This document shows positions 12,238-25,039 of a stretch of 64,000 bases of DNA, one piece after another. Under the pieces are notes generated by a model that was not told the DNA's origin, searched no databases, and saw only the letters and a list, made by a program, of their open reading frames with translations. Position numbers and translations under genes: made by a program. Source of the stretch: Hydrolagus colliei (lineage: Eukaryota); assembly GCA_035084275.1 (NCBI GenBank), contig CM068748.1:15872001-15936000 (forward strand). The letters are read 5' to 3'. The first letter of the stretch is position 1, and each line of letters opens with the position of its first letter.

Positions 12238-12604
12238 TAAACCTGCTCATATACATTTTAAATGCTTGCTTCAATGGATAGTTGTATTAGTAGGTGAAAT
12301 TCACACCTAAAATATTGTACATTCTTTTTCACAATAATTCATATGGAATATGCAAAAAGCCGCATTTGTAGGCAAATAAAGTGGGATGATCATAACAATA
12401 ATAATACTGTACTTGCATTTGATATAACACTTTTCACGTCTGCTGGACTTGGCATGCCCATTATAATAATAACAATGATAATAATCCTCACATTTTATAT
12501 AATGGCTTATCACGTCTTTGAGATGTGATAAGGTGCTATATACTTCTCAAAGAAGTTACCGCCAGATTCCCTGTTCTTCTTCTGTTTATCTTCCCTGATT
12601 CCTC
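12238..12604 (-). repeat. Right (uninterrupted) arm of the inverted duplication
   Basis: The reverse complement reads through CAACTATCCATTGAAGCAAGC, which is the L2-free version of the left arm. Confidence 0.95.
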
Positions 12605-13734
12605 GAGATTTGGACTTCCTTCCAATGTTTCTCCACGTCAACAACAACTTGCATTTATTTAGTGCCCTCCATGCTGGGCGGCATCTCGGAGCACTTCAAA
12701 TTCTTGCTGCTTTGCCTCCATCTCTTGCATTCTCTTGCTGTCTCCAAAACCCTCCTCTTCAACCACACCTTTGGTCATCTTCCCCGTCCCAATTTCTTCC
12801 CATCTTGATTTGTGTACCAGACTACTGGTACACAAATCAATACTTTGAGATGCTTTCCTTTGTGATTGTTGCTATCAAAGTGCAAATTATTGCTTTGAGT
12901 CACAGAAAAGCGGGTTGCATAGATGTACACAAGTTTCCAAATTCAATTCTTGCAATCAGCCAGACCATCAGAATGTGTTAAGATACTTCCTTTTTTGAGG
13001 AAAGATCATTGGGTGAGTGATGCTGTGTACTTCTTGGTTAATACTTTCAAGGCAAAGTTGGCACAAATCAGTAAGCAAGTCATCTGCTTGCAATTTTACC
13101 CACAGAATGCTTTGAAAATATATAAATAATCTTTATAATTGATTGATTGAACCTTTCAGAATACAATCTTGAAAGAAAAAGGTGAACTGTATATTTTAAT
13201 TACTTACACAGCCTTTTACGTGCCAAGATTTTATGGCACAATCGATAAGATCTGATGCATTTAATTTTAAGGGAACAGTTGATGGCATATGATTTTAGAT
13301 CTACTCCATTGCGCATTCTTATTGACAGATGCTGCAAAAACAAACCCAGAATTTGACATTGTCAATAGCATCACATCTGTTTGCTTTATATAAATAATTT
13401 AATCATGTTTAGAATGCTAGCTCAACATAAAAAGATTGACTGCAAATGTGATGTTGTGGATACAGGACCGATTCCAACTAGTCGACCTCTGTGTGACATT
13501 GACACCAGTGTGACAAACGTTTTTGAATACCTGCAGAAGCTGAACATTTCCAGTCTTACAATCAGGTTGAGATTCATTTCAGACTTTCTTAGCAGTTTGG
13601 AAAATGTATGAAGTAGCTTACAGGTAGGTTAAAGACAACACCCACTTTGCATTTATGCTAAAGAGAATATTTTTCTTCAACTGGTGGGTGAAACATTGAA
13701 CCAGTTTTACCATTTGCGAAGTCTGGGCAAATTA

Positions 13735-13868
13735 ATATAATAATAATAATCTTTGCATTTGATATAGCATCTTATAATGTCCTTGAGATGCTTTGCACCA
13801 TTTTGCTGTTTACATATACTGTAAAGTGAATTGACTGTATATTTTGTGGGCAAAATGCGGCAGCCAAC
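13735..13868 (-). mobile_element. SINE 3' fragment
   Basis: AATAATAATCTTTGCATTTGATATAGCA...GTAAAGTGAATTGACTGTATATTTTGTGGGCAAAATGCGGCAGCCAA. Confidence 0.8.
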
Positions 13869-16355
13869 ATATCCTAAAATCACAGTGATGTTTTGATCTA
13901 AAAATAACTTGCACTTCATGCATTTTATATACTGTTAAGAGTGTACGTATACAAACTGGGACACAGATTGTCAGTTACTCAATAGGAATTTATGTGAAAT
14001 TTGCATAACACAAAATTTAAAAGTTAATTTGCTGTGGTTTGTTCATATAAAATTTTTGCTCAAAATTAGTCTCAAAGCACACATAGTTTGTTAAATTCAT
14101 CTGCAGCTCGAAAGAAATAGCAGTCATGATTTAGTGAGACAACATGGAGAAATAAATGTTGATGGGTTTCAAGAGATAATGCTGCTTTTGAGGGTTGAAA
14201 GCAGCTATTAATTAGAAGCTCAATTAAAGCTTTCTGCCTAACTAAAACGGGGATGGATTGTGAAAGTTGAACCAGTAAATGGGTTGCTCGTAGCTGTCAC
14301 TGAGATGGTAGATGCATCCAGACCATCCAAGTTTAATCCATAGGGTCAGCAAAACAATGTGACCATTTTGCAAAGCACCAGCTGCAGTGGTACACCAGAA
14401 ACTCCTCACAACCTGAGCCAATAGACAATTGCGGAAATATTTGTCAAAACTGCAAGGTATTTGACAAATGTTGTGGTAAAATTGCAGTGGGTTGATTGGT
14501 GCTGTTGGGAGACTCATTTTATGAAAAAACGCAGATTAAAATAATAGGCACATATATCCTGAAAATGTAGGTATGTTTAATATACTAAAAATCTTATTTT
14601 GAATAGTACTTACCAAGAATTTGTCGCAGGAACTCAGTTTAGGCCAGGCAATGAGCACACAGACAGCAGTATTGTCATGCAACTGGTTTTTCTGTCATGG
14701 TTCAGTCACTAATGGGTGAGGGCAATTTCCCACTTTTGCAAACCTAACACTCCCAGTGCCACACACGTGTGACCGGAGCCTCTCCACCCTCAGTAGCAGC
14801 GTCGAGCCAATAGCGGACAGAGGCCTTGGGCCTAGCACACTGTGTGTACAGGTATACAGTGGAAGCAGCATTTGTAGCGGATTCTGTGAAAAACAATATG
14901 GCCGAGCTTTTCTATTGGCCCAGCTCATGCTGCTCTAAAGGAAAAGTGCTCAGTGAAGAATTATCTGGAATGGTGGTTAGGCATATGAATACATAAATCA
15001 ATGCAGCCAGGATATCAACAGCGTGTTGCCTTATGTGGTAGTGACAAGTTAAGTCAGGGTCAAGTGTTCAAGACTGCATAAAGACTTTGCTCAACCCTTT
15101 GTTGGCCCAACACCAGCTGTATTGGAAAACTATCAACCCTACTAATCTACCCAAAGTCTCTTTGGCAAGGTTAATAATGCAGGCAGAATTATTTATGGAA
15201 TGTTTTATTGACCAAAAATAATGGACTGCAAAATAAGATATGCATCTATTTCATATGCAACAACTAATGCTATCACTTATTCAATAGTAAGGTTGAATTG
15301 ACTGTATCTGTCACTACTAAGTGATAATGTGTCTGATATTGTGCCTGAACATCTGATAATACATGAATACAGTACTTGTAGACCAAAAATATTACAGAAA
15401 GAGCAGTCATTATTTACATGCCACAATTACATTCATAAAGTGCTACAATTTTCTGTTTTGGACACATGAGCATGTTTGGGGAAAGAGATCAATGCCATTT
15501 GCTCTACAACCTCTCTGTAAAAGACAAGGTAATACTTAACATGGCAAAAATGGAGTATTGTTCATTGATTGCCAAGCACTACATATATTATGTTGCTGTA
15601 GCTGCAATGGTAATTACTGTTGCAGTGTTACAGAATGAAGGCACAGTAAACACAAATATCAATAAATGAAGCAGTAATCCTCCTATTGCGTTTCCCACTA
15701 ATTTAAAGTGAATTTGTCCTGGGGCACATGCTGGATGATAATTTCAAAATAGGATTCACTCGAGCTGTGTACTGCATAGATGTGTATCCTCCGGATGCAA
15801 CTTATTTCAGATTCCTTCTTTTCTTCCCAGAACATCCTCTGTTCCCATTAAGTAATTGGATCTTGGTCTATCTTTCACCATGCTCATGTGTTCATTTCGA
15901 GTCTTCTCTGGGGCCAGCATTATTGGACTGAAAATAAGCAGTAAATAATCCCAGTGCGGTTACAAGATCCAGTTCGGAGCAGCTGAACCCTAGCAGAGCC
16001 AGACTGGCAAACAAAATAGTTTTGACCCAGATGATTTCAATTACAGTAACTGCATTCATAACACTACAGTTGTTAATTACTGTTGCATCCGTTGAATGAA
16101 TATTACATTTTAAACAAGCTTGATAGTGTGTGGAATGACTTTCTTACACAAGCTATGAAAGCAGTGGGTGGCTAAGGCAAGATGAGATTCATCCTCCCTC
16201 CCACCCCTCAAAATCTATCTACCAACTTTTCTCCAGTTTGGGCATAAAATGTGCACAATACACTGGCCATCAGCCAAAGCCAACAGCCTTGCTTTGCTGC
16301 AACACTGTTCACCAAGCATCATAGTGTCATATCCCTTGATCAGGTCCTGGCTTCC

Positions 16356-16413
16356 TTCCATTGCTTTTGCTTCCATTGCTTTTGCTTTTGCTTCCATTGC
16401 TTTTGCTTCCATT
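16356..16413. repeat. Minisatellite (CTTCCATTGCTTTTG) x ~3.5 with an extra CTTTTG
   Basis: Directly visible tandem repeat; it produces the spurious MEAKA-repeat ORF. Confidence 0.9.
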
Positions 16414-16687
16414 GATCAAGAGAAGTGATGTGTCTTGTCTCTTAAACTTTGCACAAGCTGCAATAGGTTTGCAACCTTTTAGTTCTTCATTCTGAAGTGC
16501 ATTACAATTAATGTTATTAATAATAATGAATTGTTGGCCAGAGTTCTTCACTAAGATTGAAAAGCAGCTAAGGTTTACCAGTTTCTCGAGCTCTGTGTTT
16601 GCACACTGTATTCCTTTCACTCAGCTCAGCCAGAGCACGAGACCATTTCAGGCTTTGGTAAGAATCATATTTGTTTTCACGAATTTC

Positions 16688-16962
16688 GTGAATTCACCAT
16701 GATACTGGGCGGGTATTTCTATTTGTGAGAGTCCAGTCTTTGACGTGATGGTTGCAGTCTTGAGTAATAATCTTTACACTTGATCAGTCCTGATGAGACT
16801 CCATTGTGCAGATGACCTGATAATTGCTTAAACAGCTACGTCACCTGGTGACCACCCAGCTGCTGTGGCTCATTGGTCAGTCATGGGCAGGTGTTAGAGT
16901 TGACAGTTTGGAGACCGCTGGCAAAGAGTGTGTGACCACTGAGGTGAGGTGTGATATACAGA
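16688..16962 (+). repeat. Copy 1 of a diverged ~270-bp direct repeat
   Basis: Colinear with 17793-18059: GTGAATTCA.CATGAT.CTGGGC.GGTATT ... TTGCAGTCTTG.GTAAT.ATCTTTACACTT ... TGACAGTTTGGAGACC ... CACTGAGGTGAG. Confidence 0.8.
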
Positions 16963-17792
16963 TGGTAAAATAGGAAAATAAAGTTGAGAATGGCCAAACA
17001 TTAGTGGTTGGTTGCCTGCACGGCAATGCATACAGAATAAAACTGGACAAACGTATAAGCAAAAGAACACTGCAGCTTTAAGCTCCTCAAACATGGTCAG
17101 TTTGTACTTTCCTATTAAGTTTCGTATTTCAAAATGGTCTACCATTTTCAGCTCCTTTATTCTAGACCAATTTGAAAGTTCCTTGAGAAGTCCTCCTAGC
17201 ATAAAGGGTGCCATATAAATGTATATTGTAATGTAAATGCTCGGCCTAAACCTTTTAGCAGATGTGATAGCCATCACACTTTTTTTAGGATAAAAATTTA
17301 CTCAAATTGCTTTTGAGTCATTCAATTAGGATGATGTGTCACTCAGGCTTGAACACAGTGACTGAGTTTGACCTCTCCTCTTGTCTTGCTCTAAAGGTAG
17401 GCGTAATTCTGCATTTTCTGAAGATATGTTACAGAATAGTCGAGAGCAATAATGTATGTAACTTGCTCAATGTGACCATTGAATTGTGACTGTTGGAGCA
17501 ACAAAAATCCATCGCACCAGTCTCTCAGGTACTTCAGCTAATATTACCAATGTATACCTGTCAGTTCATTTAAATCTTCTTGTATGGCTGCTGAACCTCA
17601 ATCATTTTTGTGCCATCCGGATGCTTTCTACAAGCTCCAATTTAACGAGGACAGAAAACAGAGAGCATGGCTTAGACGTGAGAACATATGTCGGCTTGAC
17701 TGTTGTACAATTACCAAATTTATCTCTGACTGAAATGGTGGTGAATCAGCTTGGTGAGGGCTCTAGCAAAGGTATGTTTCTGTACTATTGAT

Positions 17793-18059
17793 GTGAATTC
17801 AGCATGATTCTGGGCAGGTATTGCTACCTATGGGAGTGAAGTCTTTGTTGCTGGGGGGGAAGGGGGTGGTTGCAGTCTTGGGTAATCATCTTTACACTTT
17901 TGAGTCCTGTCAAGGCTCCCCTGTGCAGATGGCCTGACAGTTGCTCAATTGGTCAGCTGCTGAGGCTCATTAATGAGTCACATGCAGGTGTCGGGGCTGA
18001 CAGTTTGGAGACCCGTGTCGGAAAGTGTGTGATCACTGAGGTGAGACGTGATACATAGA
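17793..18059 (+). repeat. Copy 2 of a diverged ~270-bp direct repeat
   Basis: See 16688-16962. Confidence 0.8.
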
Positions 18060-18345
18060 ATAATAATCCTGGCATTTAATGTAGCACCTGATCACATCGT
18101 TGAGACACCTCAAAGCACTTTATAGGATTTACTGTAAAGTGGAGTGACCGTGCATTTTGTGAGTGAACACTGGAGCCAGTTATGCATAGCAGTGCCCCAC
18201 AAACAGCCTTGGAATGAGTGACAAATTTTATTTGAGTGTTTGTTGGCCAAAACACTGAGCGAAACTCCCTTCTCTATTCAAATAGTACCATGGGATCCTT
18301 AATGTCCACCTGTACAGGCAGATGGGACTTTGATTTAATGTCTCA
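18059..18345 (-). mobile_element. Deu-domain SINE fragment
   Basis: SINE tail plus CATGGGATCCTTAATGTCCACCTG...GATTTAATGTCTC (reverse complement of the Deu core). Confidence 0.7.
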
Positions 18346-18347
18346 AA

Positions 18348-19080
18348 TAACAACAACAACAAAATTACACTTGTACTTGCAGTGCCTTTCATGTCAGGAG
18401 GATGTCCCAAGGCACTGGACAGTCACTACTTCAGATCCAAGCTGAGGACAGGGTGGGGAGGGAAGTTGCCGATGGGTCCATCGAAGAGGAGAGTCTTGAG
18501 GAGAGACATGAAGGAGACAAGGCGGAGGGACTGCGGGATGGAGTTCCAGAGATTGGGGGCAGAGTGGCTGAATGTTCACCGCCAATGGTGAGGCGGGCGG
18601 TTCGGGGATGTGGAGCAGGCCAGAGCCTGCTGAGCGGAAGGGGCGGGCAGGTTGGTAATGGGATAGAAGGTCACGGATGTAGGATGGGGCGAGATTGTGG
18701 AGGGCTTTAAATGTGAGGACCAGGATCTTGAATTGGATCCTCTGGATGATGGGGAGCCAATGGAGTCGAGCGAGGATGGGGGAGATGGGGTCACGGAGTT
18801 TGGAACAGTGGAAGACACAGGCCACAGAGTTCTGGATTATCTGCAGCCTGTGGAGGGAGAAATTGGGAAGGCTGACCAGAAGGGTGTTTACATAATCTAG
18901 CCATGATGTAATGAAGGCATGAATGAAGATTTCAACTGCTTTTGGGGTGAGGTAGTGGCGGAGTCGGGCAATGTTGCGGAGATGGGGAAAGGCAGAGCGA
19001 GTCATTGCTTGGATGTGGGGGAGGAAAGACAGTTGAGGGTCGAACAAGATATCAAAGGTCCTGACTGGCTTGGTGAGGTT
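18348..19080 (-). mobile_element. 5'-truncated L2 LINE
   Basis: ORF 18394-19047: FDPQLSFLPHI..HLRNIARLRHYL..LHWLPIIQRIQFKILVLTFKALHNLAPSYI. (CAA)n tail at ~18350. Confidence 0.93.
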
Positions 19081-19884
19081 GATAATAATAGTAAGAATGG
19101 CAAGGCAAGTTTCAGCTATACTTGTAGTAAGTAAGGGAACATTTTATTACTAAGTTTCACAAAAATCGTATTTCATGTTGAAATGCTGCTTGGTAGCCTT
19201 GGGACATCCTCCCGACATGAAAGGTGTAATACAAATGTAATTTTGTTTGGTTGTTATGGGTACAGTATATGTGGACCATTAGCTGAATGGGAGCAAATTA
19301 TAAATGTGCTTTGAGGGAGGCTTATGATATAATAATAATACTTGCATTTGATATCCAATAACATGGTTTCAGGCATTAACTATCCCTTTCCTTGAGGTCT
19401 TGTCGGCATGTTAATTCACAATAAGAACAGTGGACAGGCAGATGGGCAGATTGGTATTCAACTTCAGGATTCCACCAACACTAATTGTTGGAAGCTTGAC
19501 AATGTTGGCCCAAGTGAACCTTTTTCCAAATTGTTCTACTGTTTTTAAAATAAAAATTTGATAGAACCAAGCCCATTCATGAAATATATCAGCAGGATCG
19601 AAAAAAGTAAGAAAACCAATAAATCAAGAAAGACTGGTGAGATCTGAGTTTGGAAAATAGGCTGAAGAGAAAATCTGAATGGTAAGGGGTTCTTGCAATC
19701 GATGTTTTTCTGGAATAGAAAAATAGAAATAAGTAAGAGACTCTGCAATGGGTATACTTCAACAGGAGCAATGACCATTGTCATATCATTAAAATGGAGA
19801 CAAGAGAGGATCACATAGGTAAATAATCAGAGAGAGGGAGCAAGAGAAAGATTAACTATTAAACCACAAGTTTGTTTCATACTC

Positions 19885-20120
19885 TGTCCAAGCCAGTCAA
19901 GAACCTAGGTATCATGTTTGATCCTCAACTGTCTTTCCTCCCCCACATCCAAGCAATGACTTGCTCTGTCTTCCCTCACCTCCACAATATTTCCGGACTC
20001 CATCATTACCTCACCCCAAGCCCGCTGAAACTCTCATTCATGTCTTCATCACATCCTGGCTCGACTACGCCCTTGCCCTGCTTGTCGGCCTTCCCAATTC
20101 CTCCCTCCATAGGTTGGACT
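19885..20120 (+). mobile_element. L2 internal ORF2 fragment
   Basis: KPVKNLGIMFDPQLSFLPHI / AETLIHVFITSWLDY..LLVGLP, frameshifted. Confidence 0.9.
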
Positions 20121-22217
20121 CCATACATATATACTCCATAAGTATAATTTTTGTTGTTTGTTGAGGTTTTTGAGTACCTCAAAGAGCTTCCCTTGATGTG
20201 GGACAGAATTGTGCATTATCAAAAATTTAGTTCTTAATACAAATGTTTGTTTGAAAGAGACAAACTGTGGTTTTAGTGGCTGCTTTTGGAAAAGTGAGAA
20301 TTCAATTTGAGATTAGTTGGAGTTAGGAGATAAAAGAATGGCTATTTCAAGAAGGATTAGTAGTGAATCCATCCAAGGTGAGCACTTTGATTGGATTACT
20401 GCTGTGGTATGGTTACATGCATTAGTTAGTACAGGATTGTATTGCGCATTGTAATTTGTATTGCATTGTATTAGTACATTTCTTTCTAATGTATAAGAAA
20501 GAGAAATGTAAACACTTACTTGTATTTACATGAACAGATAATATTTACAGTACTGAACTGTACCTTTGAGTTTTGCAATTTGGGTCAATTTTTTTTTGTA
20601 GGAGTCAATATTGAAATGACTAAAGCTAACAGAATTTTTGCTGTTATTTACACATGAAGCAAAGGTAACACAAAAGTACACAAGTGCTGATGTGAACATA
20701 AGAATCTTGCACACTCGTGCGCTGGCCTCATCCTATTGATGTCTGCCATGTTTCTCTTTTTGTGAATTTTTCAGCTTCACGTCAAATATTGTAGTGTGAG
20801 CCAGCCTTCTGCTAGATTTGCCTTTTGGGAATTCAGAATAAAAAATGTGTTCTATCACATTTTGCTGTTGCTCAAAAGCAGTTATTTTAAACAATAATTT
20901 GTGTAATTGAGTTAATTAATAAATTAGATTGGAGCCAAACCTTAGTGAGGTAAATTGGACAAATAAAACCAGATGTTACAATGTGAGAATATGGAAAGAA
21001 ATAAGTTAATGTTCTGTCATTTGAAATTGGACTCTTCTGCCTTTCCTTGGTGTAAGTGAAAGATGCCATGAAAATTAGTATTTACTCTAATATACTGTAT
21101 TTAAATTTTTCCTTTTTGTTGGCTTTCACTTCTGTTATCCTTCCGTAATGTATTAAACTTTGCATTGAGTGTCGACTCGCTACTCACTTGCAGAAAAGGT
21201 CACACCCAAACCCAGCCTATATCCACACATGGAGTCAGCAAAGGCTGCTTTGGAGTGATCAAGAGCAAGCACTCCAACTGTTTTCCCATCCATAAAGTGA
21301 GGGGTTAATTAAGCCTCACGTCTTAGACCAACAAACTGGATTCAAACCAATAATTTCTTTGTCCATAAACTATAGTTTATCCACTGCAGCAGAGGTGCTC
21401 CTTAAATAGCCCATGGGCTGGCAACAAGCCAGTCCCCCGAACATTCACCCAAGTCTGTACAAGGCTGTGTTCAATTGTTTTGATTGTGTTCTTAGTTCAT
21501 TATACCATTGGTGCTCCCCAATACTGGCCATTATTCTTGTTGTTCAATAAACATTATTGTTTGGTCACATTAGCAAAAAGATACTAATTTGCAGGTACAT
21601 GCTTCCGTTTGGGTTTTGGGGTGGATTAGATGTTCCAAAGAAATTATTCCCTTTGGTACTTTTCTGATCCAGATGAAAATACTGTAGAACAATAGAGTTT
21701 GAAGCTCAAGAAAGGGGGGACAATATTATCTGACTGTATGTTAATTCCAAAAGTGGACCAGAAGGTTGGGATTATATTGTCTGCTTTTTGGAGGCTAGCA
21801 GCCTCCTTCTCAGATGAGTGATCCATGGTGACACAACCCAAATCTTGTATAGACTGGGGTGAACTTGCCTTTTCAATGTAGGGTTCCATATGCTTCTTTG
21901 CTGATGCATTTTTGCTCTGACACGCCATCCAGCGTGGAGGGCGCTCTATATAAATGCAAGTTATTGTATTTGCCATTGAGCAGAGGATTTGAAGGGCTTA
22001 CCTAGCAGAAATCAGAGACCAACATTTCTGGAAACTAGCCATTCAATCTATCGAGAACAGTAACAATTTCTGCAGTGTCAAATGGAATCATCATTACCTG
22101 TGATAACTGTGATTCCAGTAGATGCAATCAGCTCATTTTATCAAGATCCTTATTGCAGTATCTAGAAATAAGTTAAATGGACTTGAGATAAATGGGTTAA
22201 AATTTATGTAAGGGCTT

Positions 22218-22410
22218 ATAGATTCATAGATTCATAGAATTTTACGGCACAAAAGGAGGCCATTCGGCCCATCTAGTCTGTGCCGGCTCTTTGAAAAGAG
22301 CGATTCAATCCCACTGCCCTGCCCGCTCCCCATAGCCTAATAGACCTGTTCTCCCTAAATAAAGATCTAATTCCCTTTTAAAAGTTGTTATCGAATCAGC
22401 CTCCACCACG
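22218..22410 (-). mobile_element. CR1 LINE 3' end
   Basis: (ATAGATTC)n followed by GGAGGCCATTCGGCCCATC: reverse complement of the CR1 3' hairpin and octamer-repeat tail. Confidence 0.85.
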
Positions 22411-25039
22411 TTTTACCTTGATTTATTGTTATACAGTACTTGGTGATCATAAAACTCGCAGGGCTTCATGAGACCTTTCACACAGATGACATGGAGGTGA
22501 AATGAATCAGAACTGCGATTGATGCCATATGATGCCAGATTTGAGGTGGCATTGTGCCCGAGATTTCCCAATGGTGCTAATCTCAGTGGTGCCTTCAGGG
22601 AGAGCTGCCAAATAGTTCTCATCTAGTTCCCCATAGGGAGGGCCAACCGTGGCCTGGCTTATCTCAGGCTGCTCTTGTGCTCTTTCCAGGACAGCTAGAC
22701 ACCTGGGAGCAGGTTATCCCTAACTCAGGGTAATGGTGTATGGTGACCAGGGAAGCTCAGCAAACAAAAGTACAACATAAATTGCTTACTCTTGAACAAT
22801 TGCATACACTGCACTTGTAGCATCCAATTTGTAACCAGAACAACCTGGTAGATAAAAGGAAGGAACAAGGTTATCAGTTTGTTTTGCATCTTTGTTTATT
22901 TGTGTATTGATTTTCATTGCTTTGTTGGACACAGAGATTGTCAGGATTATACCATTTTGAACAGATTGTCAGGATATACCATGTTGAATAAATTCCAGCT
23001 CTCTGTTGATTGCCCATGATTTTCCATTAAAATGGTTCAGTGAGCGTTTGTTAGACTTTCTACCATATGCAATGGGAAATTATGGAAATATTTGACCAAA
23101 ATTGCGGAGAAAATGTATAAATTGTGCTGAAGGTGGGGTGGAGTTGATTGGTGCTATTGAGAGGGTTATTTTACTGCCAACCTACATTTTTTCACTTTAA
23201 AAAAACAATAAGAAAGACACTTCAAAACTAAACATGAAGAAATAATACACATTAGATTGTTGCACAAAAAAATTAATGCTTTCTTTAACAAAAACTGGGT
23301 ACACTCAGGCGAAGGGGAAAAATACAAGCACAGAACTGAAGGATGAAATGGTCCATAACCGCCCTGCACTACATTTGAAAGTCAGTGTTACCCAGTATAT
23401 AAAAGACAGTATGTTAGAATACATGTTAGAACACGATTCATGAATATTCCTAGCAATGTGAAAGCAATTATCGGCATTCCTTTTTTGGTAACATTTGTGC
23501 ATAATTTTTAATTTTGCTAAAATATATTTGCAGCACTGGATGGAATTTTCAACACATTGAAATCCAGACTGTTGTTTGGGTGATTGCTCGCTTCTGTGTA
23601 AAGACAGGATAAATTGCAATAGTGCATCTTTTAAGGCTTATTCTCCTTTGGGTCATACTTCAGAGCCAGTTTATGGGAGCAGATCCTGAGATGAATTTGT
23701 TATATATGAACACAAAGCTGTTGATTACACTAATTATTTGATGACCTATTGGTTTGAGCTATACTAATCTGTTGGTACAGTATATAAGAAGCAGCATATA
23801 GTCTGGGACATGCAGTTTGAAAATGTTATTTGTGGTGCAATTTTCACCAGCAGAAATATTTCTTGTTTTGTGCTTAGGACACTGCTTCTTATGGGGCAAT
23901 AAATTATGTATTGCTAAATTTAGAAGGCAATCCGATAATTTGGAGGAACATTTTCAGCATCAAATTATTAAAACAATTGGAATACACGGTATATTGTTCT
24001 TTGAAACGTTCTATTAATAGTTCCTTCTGAAACAACATAATGAAAGCTATTGTGAAAAGGCCATCCGCCCCAAACACTTGTCCCTCTCGTACATTAACAT
24101 GACACATAATTTTATTGTGAGGTCTATACTGGAATGTCTTTCTTATTGTCAGAGTCAGATTTGTCATAAGAAGCTTAGGTCACATTTTTCATTATAAAAG
24201 GGAAACATATGAGAGCTCTTTGCACATGCTCCAACTGTCCAATTCCCCATGTAAAACCTGATCCGGGATTAGCTTTGTGTTTACCGGACACGATTTAGTT
24301 ACTAGTAGTGTCATTGGATGGTCAGAAGGATGTCCCCTCCAATCTGCCAACCATATACTCGATTCAGATAAGACAATATGTTAGAACTCTGCACAAGAAA
24401 ATCTGTATATGGTGGAAAATGATGCATAAATATTGGTACTGTAATTGGCGTAAGAAATGCAACCACTGAACCAGTCATACTTTCACCATTACCAGTAATG
24501 TGCTGGTTCTATTTACAGAACAGTTGGAAATAGGTTCCTTATATAGTTCAGAAATCCAAATAAACACACAGCAGGAAAACTGGATTTGTGCAGCCAATGG
24601 AAGATATTCATAATATTATTGCTGGATCGATTTAATGTTATCATAATGACAACTGTACTCTGAAGCTCATCTGATGACCATTTTAAAAGATGCAGCTTTA
24701 ACAGATCTATGAATATATTTCTGGCTGTCATGTTTTGGTGGACCTGTTTTCTCTGTGGACCTGCTGACACTCACTCCTGTGCTCTACATTTCTTTCAGCT
24801 ACCACATGCCTGTTGCAATATTCATTGACCTCTCTGTGCCATCATCAGCAGCCATGCTTTAAGACTCTCCTCCCCAAATCTCTGCCTTGAAACTCCCTGT
24901 CTGAACCCTTCCAGCTCACCTCCTCTTTATCTTTATATCTCAGTTAAAGAACTATTTATTTGACTATGCGATGGTTACCTCTGCCTTGGTCATCATCCAA
25001 CTCTGCCATTGTGTGGAGCTTTGAGATGCTATTATCAGT

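Noticed and set aside
10319-12513. Two near-identical 68-71-aa ORFs (MISHYIKCEDYYH...) suggesting a duplicated small gene
   Set aside because: They are translations of SINE tails inside the inverted duplication, with non-ATG starts and low-complexity Tyr/Ile runs.
15812-15857. Strong polypyrimidine/CAG acceptor with a GTAATT donor 21 nt later (micro-exon ending in TAA)
   Set aside because: The donor is weak, there is no homology support, and such sites are expected by chance in a large intron.
16215-16412. ORF with MEAKA repeats
   Set aside because: It is a by-product of a 15-bp minisatellite.
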